The notes beneath the pieces were generated by a model, which was not told where the DNA came from, did not search any database, and saw nothing but the letters and a program-made list of their open reading frames with translations. This document shows positions 14,709 to 24,638 of a stretch of DNA of 64,000 bases, one piece after another. The DNA is taken from the sequence record LC727695.1; one strand, written 5' to 3'. The translations under genes and the position numbers were made by a program. Positions within the stretch are counted from its first letter, which is position 1. Each line of letters begins with the position of its first letter.

Positions 14709-15998
14709 TTACATTGCATAACCACGTTTAAAGTCATCGATGACTTTATCAAATCGACGCTGCCATTCGCGAATAGCATCATTGAAGCCATGGATCTTAT
14801 AATCTTCACTAACTACTTGTGCACACTTACCATAATAGTTAAGTACGCAACTAGCTGCTAGATATTGTGCTTGAGAATATTCAAACATCGTATCAGTAAT
14901 ACGACGCATACCTTCAAGGGAAGTGTTGATTAATTGAACAGACTCACCAATAGCATCAATAGTTTCTTGACTATAATTACGTGATAGTTGCTTTAACTTA
15001 CGTAGAGCATCACTGCTATTGCGATATGCTTTTAACAAATCATCAAGTGGTGCGACAAAACGATCTTTTAACAGATGTGAGTTTTTCCAGAAATTCTTAT
15101 CAGGGAAATCTGGAATGCTTGAACGATCAGGATACACTGTAGATAGTTCATTGCACCGGGTAGCTAGTTTACCAATCTCACGGATATTAGCGATAGGCAT
15201 AAGTGCACGATAATCATCACCATTGTAATTAACATATTCAATGATAGTGCCAACTAGCTTTTCCATTGTACCTAGTTCAGTACGTGCTTCATTATTAATA
15301 TTAATGATTTCTTTCTGGTAGTATACACTACCAAATGCAGCAGCATATACACGACTAGCTAGGATTTTAGGATCATCAATGATTGATTGTGCAATTGCAT
15401 CAAACTTTTCTAGTAATGCATCCTTTCGATTACCTAATCGATTTTTAACTAGTAACTCTTGAAAGAGAGTACGTGCTTGATCAACTGCCCGGACAATCTT
15501 TCCATAACGAGTTGCTACAACAACATCACGCTTCTTAAAATCACTAATCCAACGCATCAGCTTAGCAAATAGTTCCATTAGTTTCTCAAACCAAGTCTTA
15601 AGAGTATTAATGATGGTAGCCATCACTGCCTCTTGAGAAATAGTCACATTAAGAGTACTACGGGTTGGTGTAAACATAGAAGCATATTGCTCAAGTGAAG
15701 CTACTGCTTTCTTAGGAGCTTCAAACCCTTCAGTGCTCATGCGCTTAACTAATGCTCGAATACCATCAACATCTGGTTTTGATACGCCTTCAAGTTTAGT
15801 GATTGCATAAATATCAGATAGCTGATGAATCGCTTCGACAGCTACACACATCTTAGCTAAAATTTCAGGAGCCGAGGCACTTGAAACAGTCTCTTCTTCG
15901 CCTTCAACCATCTCTGGTTGGTTCTCATCAAAGAAAAGTTTTTCCTCTTCGACATCTACTTCTTTAACATGAGACATGGGTTTAACCTCACTCATCAA
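14709..15998 (-). CDS. Virion head protein, distant internal head protein paralog (gp86-like)
   Basis: 429 aa, ASLE and ISQE|AVM motifs followed by an amphipathic helix (IINTLKTWFEKL). Confidence 0.65.
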   Translation of the reverse strand: MMSEVKPMSHVKEVDVEEEKLFFDENQPEMVEGEEETVSSASAPEILAKMCVAVEAIHQLSDIYAITKLEGVSKPDVDGIRALVKRMSTEGFEAPKKAVASLEQYASMFTPTRSTLNVTISQEAVMATIINTLKTWFEKLMELFAKLMRWISDFKKRDVVVATRYGKIVRAVDQARTLFQELLVKNRLGNRKDALLEKFDAIAQSIIDDPKILASRVYAAAFGSVYYQKEIININNEARTELGTMEKLVGTIIEYVNYNGDDYRALMPIANIREIGKLATRCNELSTVYPDRSSIPDFPDKNFWKNSHLLKDRFVAPLDDLLKAYRNSSDALRKLKQLSRNYSQETIDAIGESVQLINTSLEGMRRITDTMFEYSQAQYLAASCVLNYYGKCAQVVSEDYKIHGFNDAIREWQRRFDKVIDDFKRGYAM

Positions 15999-16437
15999 TA
16001 CTACCGATTAATTGATTTAATGCATTACCCATGTCTGCTTGGATACGGTTATAATCTGGGCCATTAACAACGGCAGAGACAATATTGATATCATCGACAG
16101 TTAGATAATCATTAGCGGTATCAGATGTCAGTACAGCTTTGACAAGACATGGATCAGTAATACCGTTGATAAGACTTTGGCGAATGCGAAGAATATTGTT
16201 AAAATATGTTACGGCTAGTTTAGTATCAACTGCAATATTCTCATTAACTTTACTTAAGATTTTCTTAAATTTAGCAACAGCTTTATCCTGTTGTTCATTG
16301 AAATCAAGTAAAATCTCAAATGGAATCTGTAATGCCACCGCATTAGCTAGGAGCATTGCGCGGGTTTTACGATCAGAACCACCTAAGTTAGGCAGTTGCT
16401 TTAGAATACGGGAAAGTTCAAAACCTAATTGTTGCAT
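15988..16437 (-). CDS. Virion structural protein (gp85-like)
   Basis: 149 aa ORF coupled to neighbours; synteny. Confidence 0.6.
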   Translation of the reverse strand: MQQLGFELSRILKQLPNLGGSDRKTRAMLLANAVALQIPFEILLDFNEQQDKAVAKFKKILSKVNENIAVDTKLAVTYFNNILRIRQSLINGITDPCLVKAVLTSDTANDYLTVDDINIVSAVVNGPDYNRIQADMGNALNQLIGSIDE

Positions 16438-16448
16438 GATTTTTCTCT

Positions 16449-17690
16449 CTATTTAGTTAAGCGGTAGGCTCTTACAAATAAGTCATTATTTAATAGACTT
16501 TCTAAAGTATCTTCTAATTCAGTAGCCCGTTTATCTTTACGACGCTGGGGACTAAGGAAATCTAAAATTTTATCAAAAATGGTCCACTCATTAGCTAAAT
16601 CATTTATCAATGAATCAATTACTTTAATGTCATCATCAATTCCTGGTTTTAGTGATGAGTCCTTTACCCATTTAAGTTGTGCTACTAGATCTTGTTTAAT
16701 TTTCATTAAACGTTGTCGTTGTTTGTCATAACGTGAACTAATTGGATCATATCCAACTTTTAAATTACCGGCAATGATACCTAGTGTAACAGGTAAACCA
16801 ATGATCATAAATAGACCTTTGAATACCTCAGCAGTAATATGGCTAGAAACAGATTTATATTCACGGTCATTATAATACCGACCTGATTTAGTTAATGCCG
16901 TTGCCAGTGGCCTTCCATAACCTAATCGAGTGGCGAATAAATCAGCTAATTGTTCATCGCGTTTACGTGATTGAACATCACCAGTTAAATGCGGACGTTG
17001 CGCTTTCTTAAATGATGATAGAATGACTTTACGAATATTTCCTTCAGTCCTATCATTAGCAAACTTCTCATAATCGGCTGGATCAACGTTTTTCTTTAAC
17101 CATGTTTCATCCAATAATTGAATCTTATACTTATTAGCTTTCCTACCCTGTAAGATAAGTATACCTTCAGTAAGTGCATAGTTAAGATAGACGTAGTCAC
17201 CCATTGTAGCCAGTGTTTCCCAACAATGCCCAATTTCATGTAATGTAATGGCAGTAGCTTCTGCTATACTAACACGGTTAATAGCCGATAATAAACCAAT
17301 AGATAAACCGACCTTGTATTTAAAAGTTGAAACAGCCTCACCCGTAACTTTTAAATTTGTTAAATCAATATTAATGAATGTATTGACACCTTGCTCAGTT
17401 GCTAAAGTAACTCGATTAATATTGTCAAATTTACTACCAGTATGTCCAACTGTAAAGGATGTGTATGCACCACCCATTATACCCTGATCATCCAGGTGTG
17501 TAAACTCTATATTCATATTGAGGATCTTAGAAACATCATCACTCAGTGACCTAAAATCATTAATATCTATTCTCTGTTGATTATCTAATTTATCACGAAT
17601 CTTGGTTAGATGTTCTTCGATCAATGGACCTAAGTCACGCTTAACATTCACATCTAACACTTCATTAGAGATTTCTATCGTATGTAGCAT
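16449..17690 (-). CDS. Virion protein with zincin metallopeptidase motifs (gp84-like)
   Basis: TLHEIGH (HEXXH), downstream DEQLADLFA, hydrophobic segment GLFMIIGLPVTLGIIAG. Confidence 0.65.
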   Translation of the reverse strand: MLHTIEISNEVLDVNVKRDLGPLIEEHLTKIRDKLDNQQRIDINDFRSLSDDVSKILNMNIEFTHLDDQGIMGGAYTSFTVGHTGSKFDNINRVTLATEQGVNTFINIDLTNLKVTGEAVSTFKYKVGLSIGLLSAINRVSIAEATAITLHEIGHCWETLATMGDYVYLNYALTEGILILQGRKANKYKIQLLDETWLKKNVDPADYEKFANDRTEGNIRKVILSSFKKAQRPHLTGDVQSRKRDEQLADLFATRLGYGRPLATALTKSGRYYNDREYKSVSSHITAEVFKGLFMIIGLPVTLGIIAGNLKVGYDPISSRYDKQRQRLMKIKQDLVAQLKWVKDSSLKPGIDDDIKVIDSLINDLANEWTIFDKILDFLSPQRRKDKRATELEDTLESLLNNDLFVRAYRLTK

Positions 17691-17791
17691 TTTATATCTC
17701 TACCAGTATTAATTTATAATCATAAAGATAAGGCTGCGTTGTATAGAATTCAATCTTATGCACTACGTATTATAAAAGAGGCGCACACAAA

Positions 17792-19306
17792 ATGTTTGAG
17801 TTATTGTTGTCTTCTGGACTAACAAATACGCCTATATATTCCGATCCTTATCCAGGTCCTAAAACACTGATAGCTGGGACAAGGGAATTAGGTTTGTATG
17901 GTGAAACAACATCTTCAGAATTATTTGGTTATGATGATGCAGCTAAATTAGTTAATATGACATTTGGAACAGTAATCAATGATGGACAACCATGGTTAAA
18001 GTTCTCTAATAAAAATGTTACTTGTTACATACCAAAGAAACCAGCTCGTAAATCAATACAAAAATCACGGCTTAATAATGCCGGACTCCGTAATGGTGAC
18101 TATGAAGTTAGATTTATGGGGAACATTTATAAATTTGGTTTATTAACAATGGCTGGTGCCACATCAGAATGGCAAAGGTTACTTTATAATGTTCACGTAT
18201 CTAATTTAAATGGTGCTAACTGGCCTTATAAATTTACAGATAATGACTTAGGTATTAACCAAGCGGTCGCTGGTGGTATTAGCACTGATGGTACTACTAA
18301 CTGGGGAAGAGACCCAGGTAGTGATCCAGTTAATGACCAGCTCTATCGTGGCTACTATGCGATTGATATAACTAGCTCGTCAAGTAGTGAAACGGGTGCT
18401 GCAACCCAAGGTTGGCGTCCAGTGGTTTATGCTAGTGGTACATATCCATTCGTTAAAGATAATGTTATTAAACTTACTGATTTTGAAACTGATAACGAAA
18501 TGGCAGCAGGTGCCCAAATAGGTAACTTAGTCTATTATTACGGTGGTAAGAATAATGCTAATACTGCTCTACGTACACTGAATTTAGTCACGGGTAAGTT
18601 AACAACATTACAACCAACTGGTACGCCTATAGCAGTTAAACAATGCTCGGCTGTTGCATTTAATGGTAAAGTATATTTCTATGGTGGTGAAAGTGCCACA
18701 GATGGTGTACTTACTAAAGATATGCAGTGTTATGATCCTGCAACTAATACATGGGAAATAAAATCACCAGGCACGATAGCTTGCCGGTATGCACGTGGAA
18801 CTAGTCTTAATGGGTTAATCTACATATTAGGTGCAGCTGATACAACTGCGACAAATAATCGTGGATTTACATTAATGTACAATCCAACTACAGATACATA
18901 TACCAGTGGTGCAGCATTTAATGATACTGGGGAATATACCCAAGATTATTCAGTGAGTATTTATAATAATAGCGTATGCGTTATTGGTGGTACGGTTGGT
19001 GCTGGTGTTAATACTGGAATCATATCGTACAATCAAACCAACAATAATTGGTCCAAACCAATAACTACAGGTATACCTCTTGGTGCAGCTATTAATATAC
19101 GCCCATCTGGTGAACTTTATGTAATCGCTGGTGAAAATCAAAATAACGCACCAATTAAGTATTATGAACCACGATTAGCACGATGGATAAATTTAGGTAA
19201 TTTAGAAACTGGTTTAGTGGATGCAGGTTTTGCCAATACGTTTAATAATGACGGTAAGATTTATGTTCTAAACGGTAATCAGAATTTAAAATACCAAATT
19301 AGTTAA
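17792..19306 (+). CDS. Tail-associated paralog-family protein with C-terminal Kelch beta-propeller (gp83-like)
   Basis: N-terminal PGPKTL..G..LGLYGE motif of the phiKZ tail paralog family; repeats YYYGG, YFYGG, YILGA, CVIGG, YVIAG spaced ~45-50 aa. Confidence 0.65.
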   Translation: MFELLLSSGLTNTPIYSDPYPGPKTLIAGTRELGLYGETTSSELFGYDDAAKLVNMTFGTVINDGQPWLKFSNKNVTCYIPKKPARKSIQKSRLNNAGLRNGDYEVRFMGNIYKFGLLTMAGATSEWQRLLYNVHVSNLNGANWPYKFTDNDLGINQAVAGGISTDGTTNWGRDPGSDPVNDQLYRGYYAIDITSSSSSETGAATQGWRPVVYASGTYPFVKDNVIKLTDFETDNEMAAGAQIGNLVYYYGGKNNANTALRTLNLVTGKLTTLQPTGTPIAVKQCSAVAFNGKVYFYGGESATDGVLTKDMQCYDPATNTWEIKSPGTIACRYARGTSLNGLIYILGAADTTATNNRGFTLMYNPTTDTYTSGAAFNDTGEYTQDYSVSIYNNSVCVIGGTVGAGVNTGIISYNQTNNNWSKPITTGIPLGAAINIRPSGELYVIAGENQNNAPIKYYEPRLARWINLGNLETGLVDAGFANTFNNDGKIYVLNGNQNLKYQIS

Positions 19307-19310
19307 CGAA

Positions 19311-19341
19311 ATAAACCCTCCCGTAATGGGAGGGTTTTATG
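19311..19341. terminator. Bidirectional terminator between convergent genes
   Basis: AAACCCTCCC-GTAAT-GGGAGGGTTT. Confidence 0.8.
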
Positions 19342-19409
19342 ATGTGTCGAAGTTTATGTTAGCAGTAATGATCAATTGATAATATTTAATTAGGAATACC
19401 TTCCATTTT

Positions 19410-19778
19410 TTAATATCCTTCATTAAGTAGTTCTGCTAGAGCACGTGCCTGTGAAATATCAGTAGAAGCAAAAACATCAGAAAGATAGTTATCATGTTCT
19501 TTTGCATTCTGACGCAATTCATCCATTAGATGTTTATTAGATACCGCCCATACTTTCCACAGATTTTTATAATCATCATATTTGGGATTATACCCGTCTA
19601 GTGGTGGTTTTCCTTTACCAGCTTTCCAATGGTTGGAGTATATGCGATATCCTTTACAATCTAACTGCCAAGCTTCCTCAATTGTTCTGCCATCAGGAAG
19701 CCTTGCGTAAAGAGCCGAGAATCTTTTGTCACCAACAGATGAACATTCATATCCTCCTCGGCGCTTCCACTGATATAT
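19410..19778 (-). CDS. Uncalled 122-codon ORF with ATA start, possible NADAR-like protein
   Basis: Open frame YQWKRRGGYECSSVGDKRFSALYARLPDGRTIEEAWQ...LLNEGY*; first codon ATA overlaps the upstream stop (TAATA). Confidence 0.6.
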   Translation of the reverse strand: MYQWKRRGGYECSSVGDKRFSALYARLPDGRTIEEAWQLDCKGYRIYSNHWKAGKGKPPLDGYNPKYDDYKNLWKVWAVSNKHLMDELRQNAKEHDNYLSDVFASTDISQARALAELLNEGY

Positions 19779-21694
19779 TACTTTGGGTTCTTATAGGTAT
19801 TAATAAACTTCTCTAGCAGGGTGTCCATTTTAGGAGCACCCATGATCTTCTGTGTGATTTCAATAGCATTAACCCTACCACCTGTTAAGTTTACGCCAAC
19901 TTCACGGCGATGGTGTTCACTAATTCCTTCCATCATTGAGAATTCCATCACACATGTTTCACGTGCAATATTTAGAATCTGACTAACGTTAGGATATGTC
20001 GACACGATGTCAAGGTCGGCGATATGACAGAAGATTAAGGTTTTATAATTCGGTAAATCTTTAACACACTGCAATCCATTTGGACCTGCCATGTATGATG
20101 GTAGTGTAACAATCCAATCATTATGGCCAATAACATATTGATCAAGTTCATGCACCATCTGATCTGAACTTGAACCAATGACACATGGCTCTGGTCTATT
20201 CAAATACCAGAAGTGCATATCGTCACATAGTCGTTTTGGGTTAGAACTAAAGTTCTTATAGTCAGATGCCTTAGAGAATAGACTTATAGAGCGACCAAGG
20301 TCATTTACTTGTTCATCAAGTTGTTCTAGTCGAATGGAGTCGATGATGTTATAAAGACCATATTTGATTTTATGCTTAGTCTGCATCTCACGGTGCCAAT
20401 CGATACCACCAAGATGTGCAGTTTCTTTAAAGGTTAACTTACCAAATTCCATTACATATCTAATAGAATCACCATAGGTAAAGTTATCATTTAATATAAA
20501 ATCATCCACCGGTACCCATTCATTACTACCTACATTTTTAATATATTTAGTAATAACGCCGCCTGGTCGGTCAACTAGTTGTTTATTAAAACCTTCAATA
20601 AAATCTTCTAAGTCCTTATCATTTTTAATGGTCGTGGATTTATCGATGTTTAGTTCTTTTCTAAGAATAGACTCTAACCGATAGTTAGGATCACGTCCTT
20701 TAGCTAATCGAGTTACTCGATAAGTTGACATAGAATCGATACATTGAAAACTAGAGGGTGCTGTAATCCAATGCCATTGATCCTCCGGTCCTTTAGATTT
20801 AGTGACCCCAGATGCAGTGGTGGTCATAGGTTCATCAATCTTAAAATGGAAATACCTATAATTCTTAGGTACCGATGGATCAGAAAAAACATCAGCTGGA
20901 TTAACACCATAGTGTTCTAATGTTTTTAAGATTCTACCAATGTCGAAGCTAATATTCCAGAATGCGAAGAAATCTGGTTTCCAGGTATGTAGTCGTTTAA
21001 AACATTCAATAATAATATCTACTGGTGTTTCAACAACCATTACTTCAATATCTAGACCACGTTCTTTAATTAGATGTGATAATACCTCTTCTTTTTGTGC
21101 TTGTTCTAATGTCTCTTTCACTGGATCTTCAATATCACTAACCCATCGTTTTAAATAGGCTAAGAAAGCTTTGTTCTTATGTGTAACTGACATACAGATA
21201 ATCTGACCATCGTTCTCAGCTTCATAAACGTTGGTTTCGATGTCACCGCCAGCAACAGTGTTTAGAGAGATTAGACCAGGATAACGTTCTTGATAATCAT
21301 GCTTCAGATAACAGGTTGAACTAACATCACTGCCATATAGGTAAGGACTACGCGCTAGTTGACGAAGAGATCTAGCCGAATAGTCACCTAGGATTTTACT
21401 AATCTTACGTTTCATATCAATTTGAGTTGACATGTATTTAACTAAGTTACGCTCATATTCGTAATCTTTCTTTTCTTTATGGTTACGCATTCCTTTTGAG
21501 GTAATCCAAAAAGGACGCTGGTAGTTTTCCCACATCCTTAAATTATTTGCAGTTGTACCATCTTCAAAATGAATTCGTTCTTTAACGAAATGCGCATCTG
21601 TAAACTTACCAAATTGATCAGTACAATAAGTAATATGTTTGGCTTCAATGCCCTTAATCTTTTTCTTATTTGTAACCTGTTGTTCATTAGACAT
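19778..21694 (-). CDS. Split family-B DNA polymerase, exonuclease plus motif A subunit (gp82-like)
   Basis: ExoI GGDIETN, ExoII WNISFD, ExoIII YNIID; polymerase motif A DLDIVSTYP. Confidence 0.85.
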   Translation of the reverse strand: MSNEQQVTNKKKIKGIEAKHITYCTDQFGKFTDAHFVKERIHFEDGTTANNLRMWENYQRPFWITSKGMRNHKEKKDYEYERNLVKYMSTQIDMKRKISKILGDYSARSLRQLARSPYLYGSDVSSTCYLKHDYQERYPGLISLNTVAGGDIETNVYEAENDGQIICMSVTHKNKAFLAYLKRWVSDIEDPVKETLEQAQKEEVLSHLIKERGLDIEVMVVETPVDIIIECFKRLHTWKPDFFAFWNISFDIGRILKTLEHYGVNPADVFSDPSVPKNYRYFHFKIDEPMTTTASGVTKSKGPEDQWHWITAPSSFQCIDSMSTYRVTRLAKGRDPNYRLESILRKELNIDKSTTIKNDKDLEDFIEGFNKQLVDRPGGVITKYIKNVGSNEWVPVDDFILNDNFTYGDSIRYVMEFGKLTFKETAHLGGIDWHREMQTKHKIKYGLYNIIDSIRLEQLDEQVNDLGRSISLFSKASDYKNFSSNPKRLCDDMHFWYLNRPEPCVIGSSSDQMVHELDQYVIGHNDWIVTLPSYMAGPNGLQCVKDLPNYKTLIFCHIADLDIVSTYPNVSQILNIARETCVMEFSMMEGISEHHRREVGVNLTGGRVNAIEITQKIMGAPKMDTLLEKFINTYKNPK

Positions 21695-21764
21695 TGCTAT
21701 AACCTCAGCACATATTGATATTTATCTACGTACTATATTAGTGCCTAGTAAAAGTAATAATCAG

Positions 21765-21795
21765 CATAAAGCCTCCCCTAGGGGAGGCGATATGT
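21765..21795. terminator. Stem-loop terminator
   Basis: GCCTCCCC-TA-GGGGAGGC with CATA/TATG flanks. Confidence 0.75.
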
Positions 21796-23217
21796 TTACA
21801 TACCAGCTTTCTGCCGGAAGAAGTGTAGAACGAGTTGCCGTTTACCTTCAGGGATGAAACGTGCAAGATAGTTAATATCTACCTGATAAAGCGCATCTGA
21901 TACATCACTAGTAAATAGGCAGAATAGAGTAAGAAGATTAATGTGTGCTTCTTGACGGTTATTCTGAGTAGGTAGAGTAGCAACAAAGCGAAGTGCGTTA
22001 GATTCACTAAATAGAGTATTACGATTTTTCTTAACGAAATCAAAGATAATATCCATGCCTGATTTAAAGCCTTCAATATCTTCGATTGTCATTACGTAGT
22101 TGAATACATCATCTAGTTTCTTTTGTGCATCGCCACCACGTTCGATAGTGATATAGTCACCAGGTTTAGCACCAGTGGCAAACTGCTCTAGACGAGATTC
22201 GATAAATACTTGGTTCATTTTGGTCATACCTTTACGAAGTACAGGTTCATTAGATGTTGATTCACTATTCAAGATTTTAACTTCCCCGGTTGGTTTAATA
22301 TCATCTTTACCAGAGAATACTTTCCATTGTTCAACAATAGTTTCAATATCTTGACTAGTGGTAGGTAAGAATAAACGATCGCGTAACTCAATAGCAATTT
22401 TAAAATCTTTTATCAGATTACTATTTTTAATAAGTCCTTCAGCCCAGTCTTCAAGCTCTGCTGTCGTCCAATCGGTAGGTGGAGCATTATCACGAATAAC
22501 ACTATTAACCCAACTACCACGTAGTGTTTTTGGTGGAGTAATACCTTGTTTAACAAAATCAACCACTTCTTGGGTAGACCAATCTAGTGGAATATCACTA
22601 GTGTGAATACGCAGTTGCTTGACTAATTCTTCAAGCTTGATACTGTCTTCAGTATTGCGAATATCTTGTTTCAGAGTATCTTCATTAACTACCGGTACAA
22701 TTACTTCCTCAGTAGTCTCATTCTCTTTAGCCCTTTTAGTTAAAATATCATCAGCAATATCGGCAATATCATTAACTACACCAGTTAGACGATGGTTAGC
22801 AGCATCGATTAGTTCATCATCTGACCATTCATCATAAGGACGATATTTACGGGTTGGGTCAAATACAAAGCTACCGAGTTCAGTTTTACCTTTAGCAATG
22901 CCATCATTGGTAAACCATTCAATGACATTTTCATCTGTCCATGTTTCAGGAATATCATAGCCAGTACGCAGTGCATCTACGTTAACTTTAGCTAATTCTG
23001 AAGTATCGTTAACTGCATTAACTGATGAATTAATATCATCTGCTGTAGCATATACTTCCTCAGGAGATACTAATTCAATATTTGTTAATCCTCGACCAAT
23101 TTCAGAAGTTGGCTTTTCTTCAGTTTCTTCTGATAAAACTTCGTCTTTGACAATGGGTTTTTCAGGTAAACGATTGAGTTGAGGAAACTTTCCAAATCGT
23201 TGATTCTTTTTAGACAT
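21796..23217 (-). CDS. Conserved hypothetical protein with internal duplication (gp81-like)
   Basis: 473 aa, acidic N-terminus, two DIP..W....V..F/W...K..W...EL units. Confidence 0.6.
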   Translation of the reverse strand: MSKKNQRFGKFPQLNRLPEKPIVKDEVLSEETEEKPTSEIGRGLTNIELVSPEEVYATADDINSSVNAVNDTSELAKVNVDALRTGYDIPETWTDENVIEWFTNDGIAKGKTELGSFVFDPTRKYRPYDEWSDDELIDAANHRLTGVVNDIADIADDILTKRAKENETTEEVIVPVVNEDTLKQDIRNTEDSIKLEELVKQLRIHTSDIPLDWSTQEVVDFVKQGITPPKTLRGSWVNSVIRDNAPPTDWTTAELEDWAEGLIKNSNLIKDFKIAIELRDRLFLPTTSQDIETIVEQWKVFSGKDDIKPTGEVKILNSESTSNEPVLRKGMTKMNQVFIESRLEQFATGAKPGDYITIERGGDAQKKLDDVFNYVMTIEDIEGFKSGMDIIFDFVKKNRNTLFSESNALRFVATLPTQNNRQEAHINLLTLFCLFTSDVSDALYQVDINYLARFIPEGKRQLVLHFFRQKAGM

Positions 23218-23279
23218 TACTAGTTCCTTTCTGGTTATAATCTAAATAATGGAGAAGCTGAGTAACTTCTCCATCTATT

Positions 23280-24638
23280 TTAACTGATGCGATCGCGATA
23301 AGACCATTTAACAGTCTTAAGAACAGCACTGTGCATTTTAGACATGAAGATGGATAGGAATCGACCACCAACACCTGCCGCTGCTGCTGGGATGCCATTA
23401 GGGTTCTCTGACATTTGTTTACCCATACAGACAGCGCATACGTTCTTACCTCTACCTATTACACCATTAGCTGGATCACCACCGGCCTTACATGTCATTG
23501 GACCACGTAGTTCAATCTCAGTGCCAACTAGTTCATCAATGTTAGTTTCTTCAATAAGGATAGATTTCCCATTCTTAACATAAGACAAGCCAATGAAATC
23601 TTTCTTATTAAATTGGTGAACAGTAGTTGGAATACCTATCCATGTGTTGCAGTCTTCCATAATAATCCTGACTGTACCAACCATTCGATAAATCGTTTTA
23701 GTTGACTCACCGCCAAGGGCTGTTTGTGCACCACGGTTATATGAGCCATAACGTAATGAGTTATTCATTACTGGCATATGGTCAGTGTCAATGCCTTCTT
23801 CCAATGATTTACCGATATATTCAACTGACGTACCATCTTGGAATGGCGCTTCCCCACCAAACATACCAAATACTTTCTTACGCACGCCACCAAATAATTT
23901 ACTATGTTTAGTGTCATAGAACTCATAAGAAGGATCGTCTTTTAGATAGTCCTCATCTAGCTTGATTAATGCATTACCCATCTCTGCAATAACAGCCGGA
24001 TCATCTAACCGATCTTTATATTTCTCTTCTAGTTCTTTGCGTAACTTATCTCTGTCTGGTGCAGAGGTCATTGATTTCTCAGTAATGGATGTTACCAAGG
24101 TACTAGCATATGCTGGCAATGCTAAACAATGATCTGCAAACATCCGATATTGCCATACATATAACTTACCATCAGTTGCACGCGGTGGATTATCATCATC
24201 AATTGGATCATCGATCATGCGGTTAAGAATTTCTTTCTCAACTTTACCAATATCGAAATAACCAGATTGGAATGGGAACAGATCACCGAAAGGTAAACAT
24301 AATACTAAATGGTTAACAAAAACGTTACCATAAGTTGTTCTTAATGCACCTGGTCCTTTATAGTTTTCAATTTCACCAGGTTGTAAAATGAATTCATCTC
24401 GAAATGCTAATGGTTGTTTACCTTCAATATAATCGTCGATATAAACAACTTCATCATTAGAATCGCCTTCTTTATAGAAGAACATTTTACCATCTTTGAA
24501 ATATGGCTTGTATAGATATTCACCACCATCATTTGGGTTATAAACGATATTAAATAAAACGTTAACCCATGCTCGTTTCTTATCTAATCCAGCATTGATA
24601 CCCATTAGAAAATAATCACGTAATTTCATTAGTATCAC
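23280..24638 (-). CDS. Virion RNA polymerase beta-prime-like subunit (gp80-like)
   Basis: Bridge-helix-like YGSYNRGAQTALGGE, zinc-site cysteines (EDCN, GPMTCK, CAVCMG), trigger-loop-like FMSKMH. Confidence 0.85.
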   Translation of the reverse strand: MILMKLRDYFLMGINAGLDKKRAWVNVLFNIVYNPNDGGEYLYKPYFKDGKMFFYKEGDSNDEVVYIDDYIEGKQPLAFRDEFILQPGEIENYKGPGALRTTYGNVFVNHLVLCLPFGDLFPFQSGYFDIGKVEKEILNRMIDDPIDDDNPPRATDGKLYVWQYRMFADHCLALPAYASTLVTSITEKSMTSAPDRDKLRKELEEKYKDRLDDPAVIAEMGNALIKLDEDYLKDDPSYEFYDTKHSKLFGGVRKKVFGMFGGEAPFQDGTSVEYIGKSLEEGIDTDHMPVMNNSLRYGSYNRGAQTALGGESTKTIYRMVGTVRIIMEDCNTWIGIPTTVHQFNKKDFIGLSYVKNGKSILIEETNIDELVGTEIELRGPMTCKAGGDPANGVIGRGKNVCAVCMGKQMSENPNGIPAAAAGVGGRFLSIFMSKMHSAVLKTVKWSYRDRIS

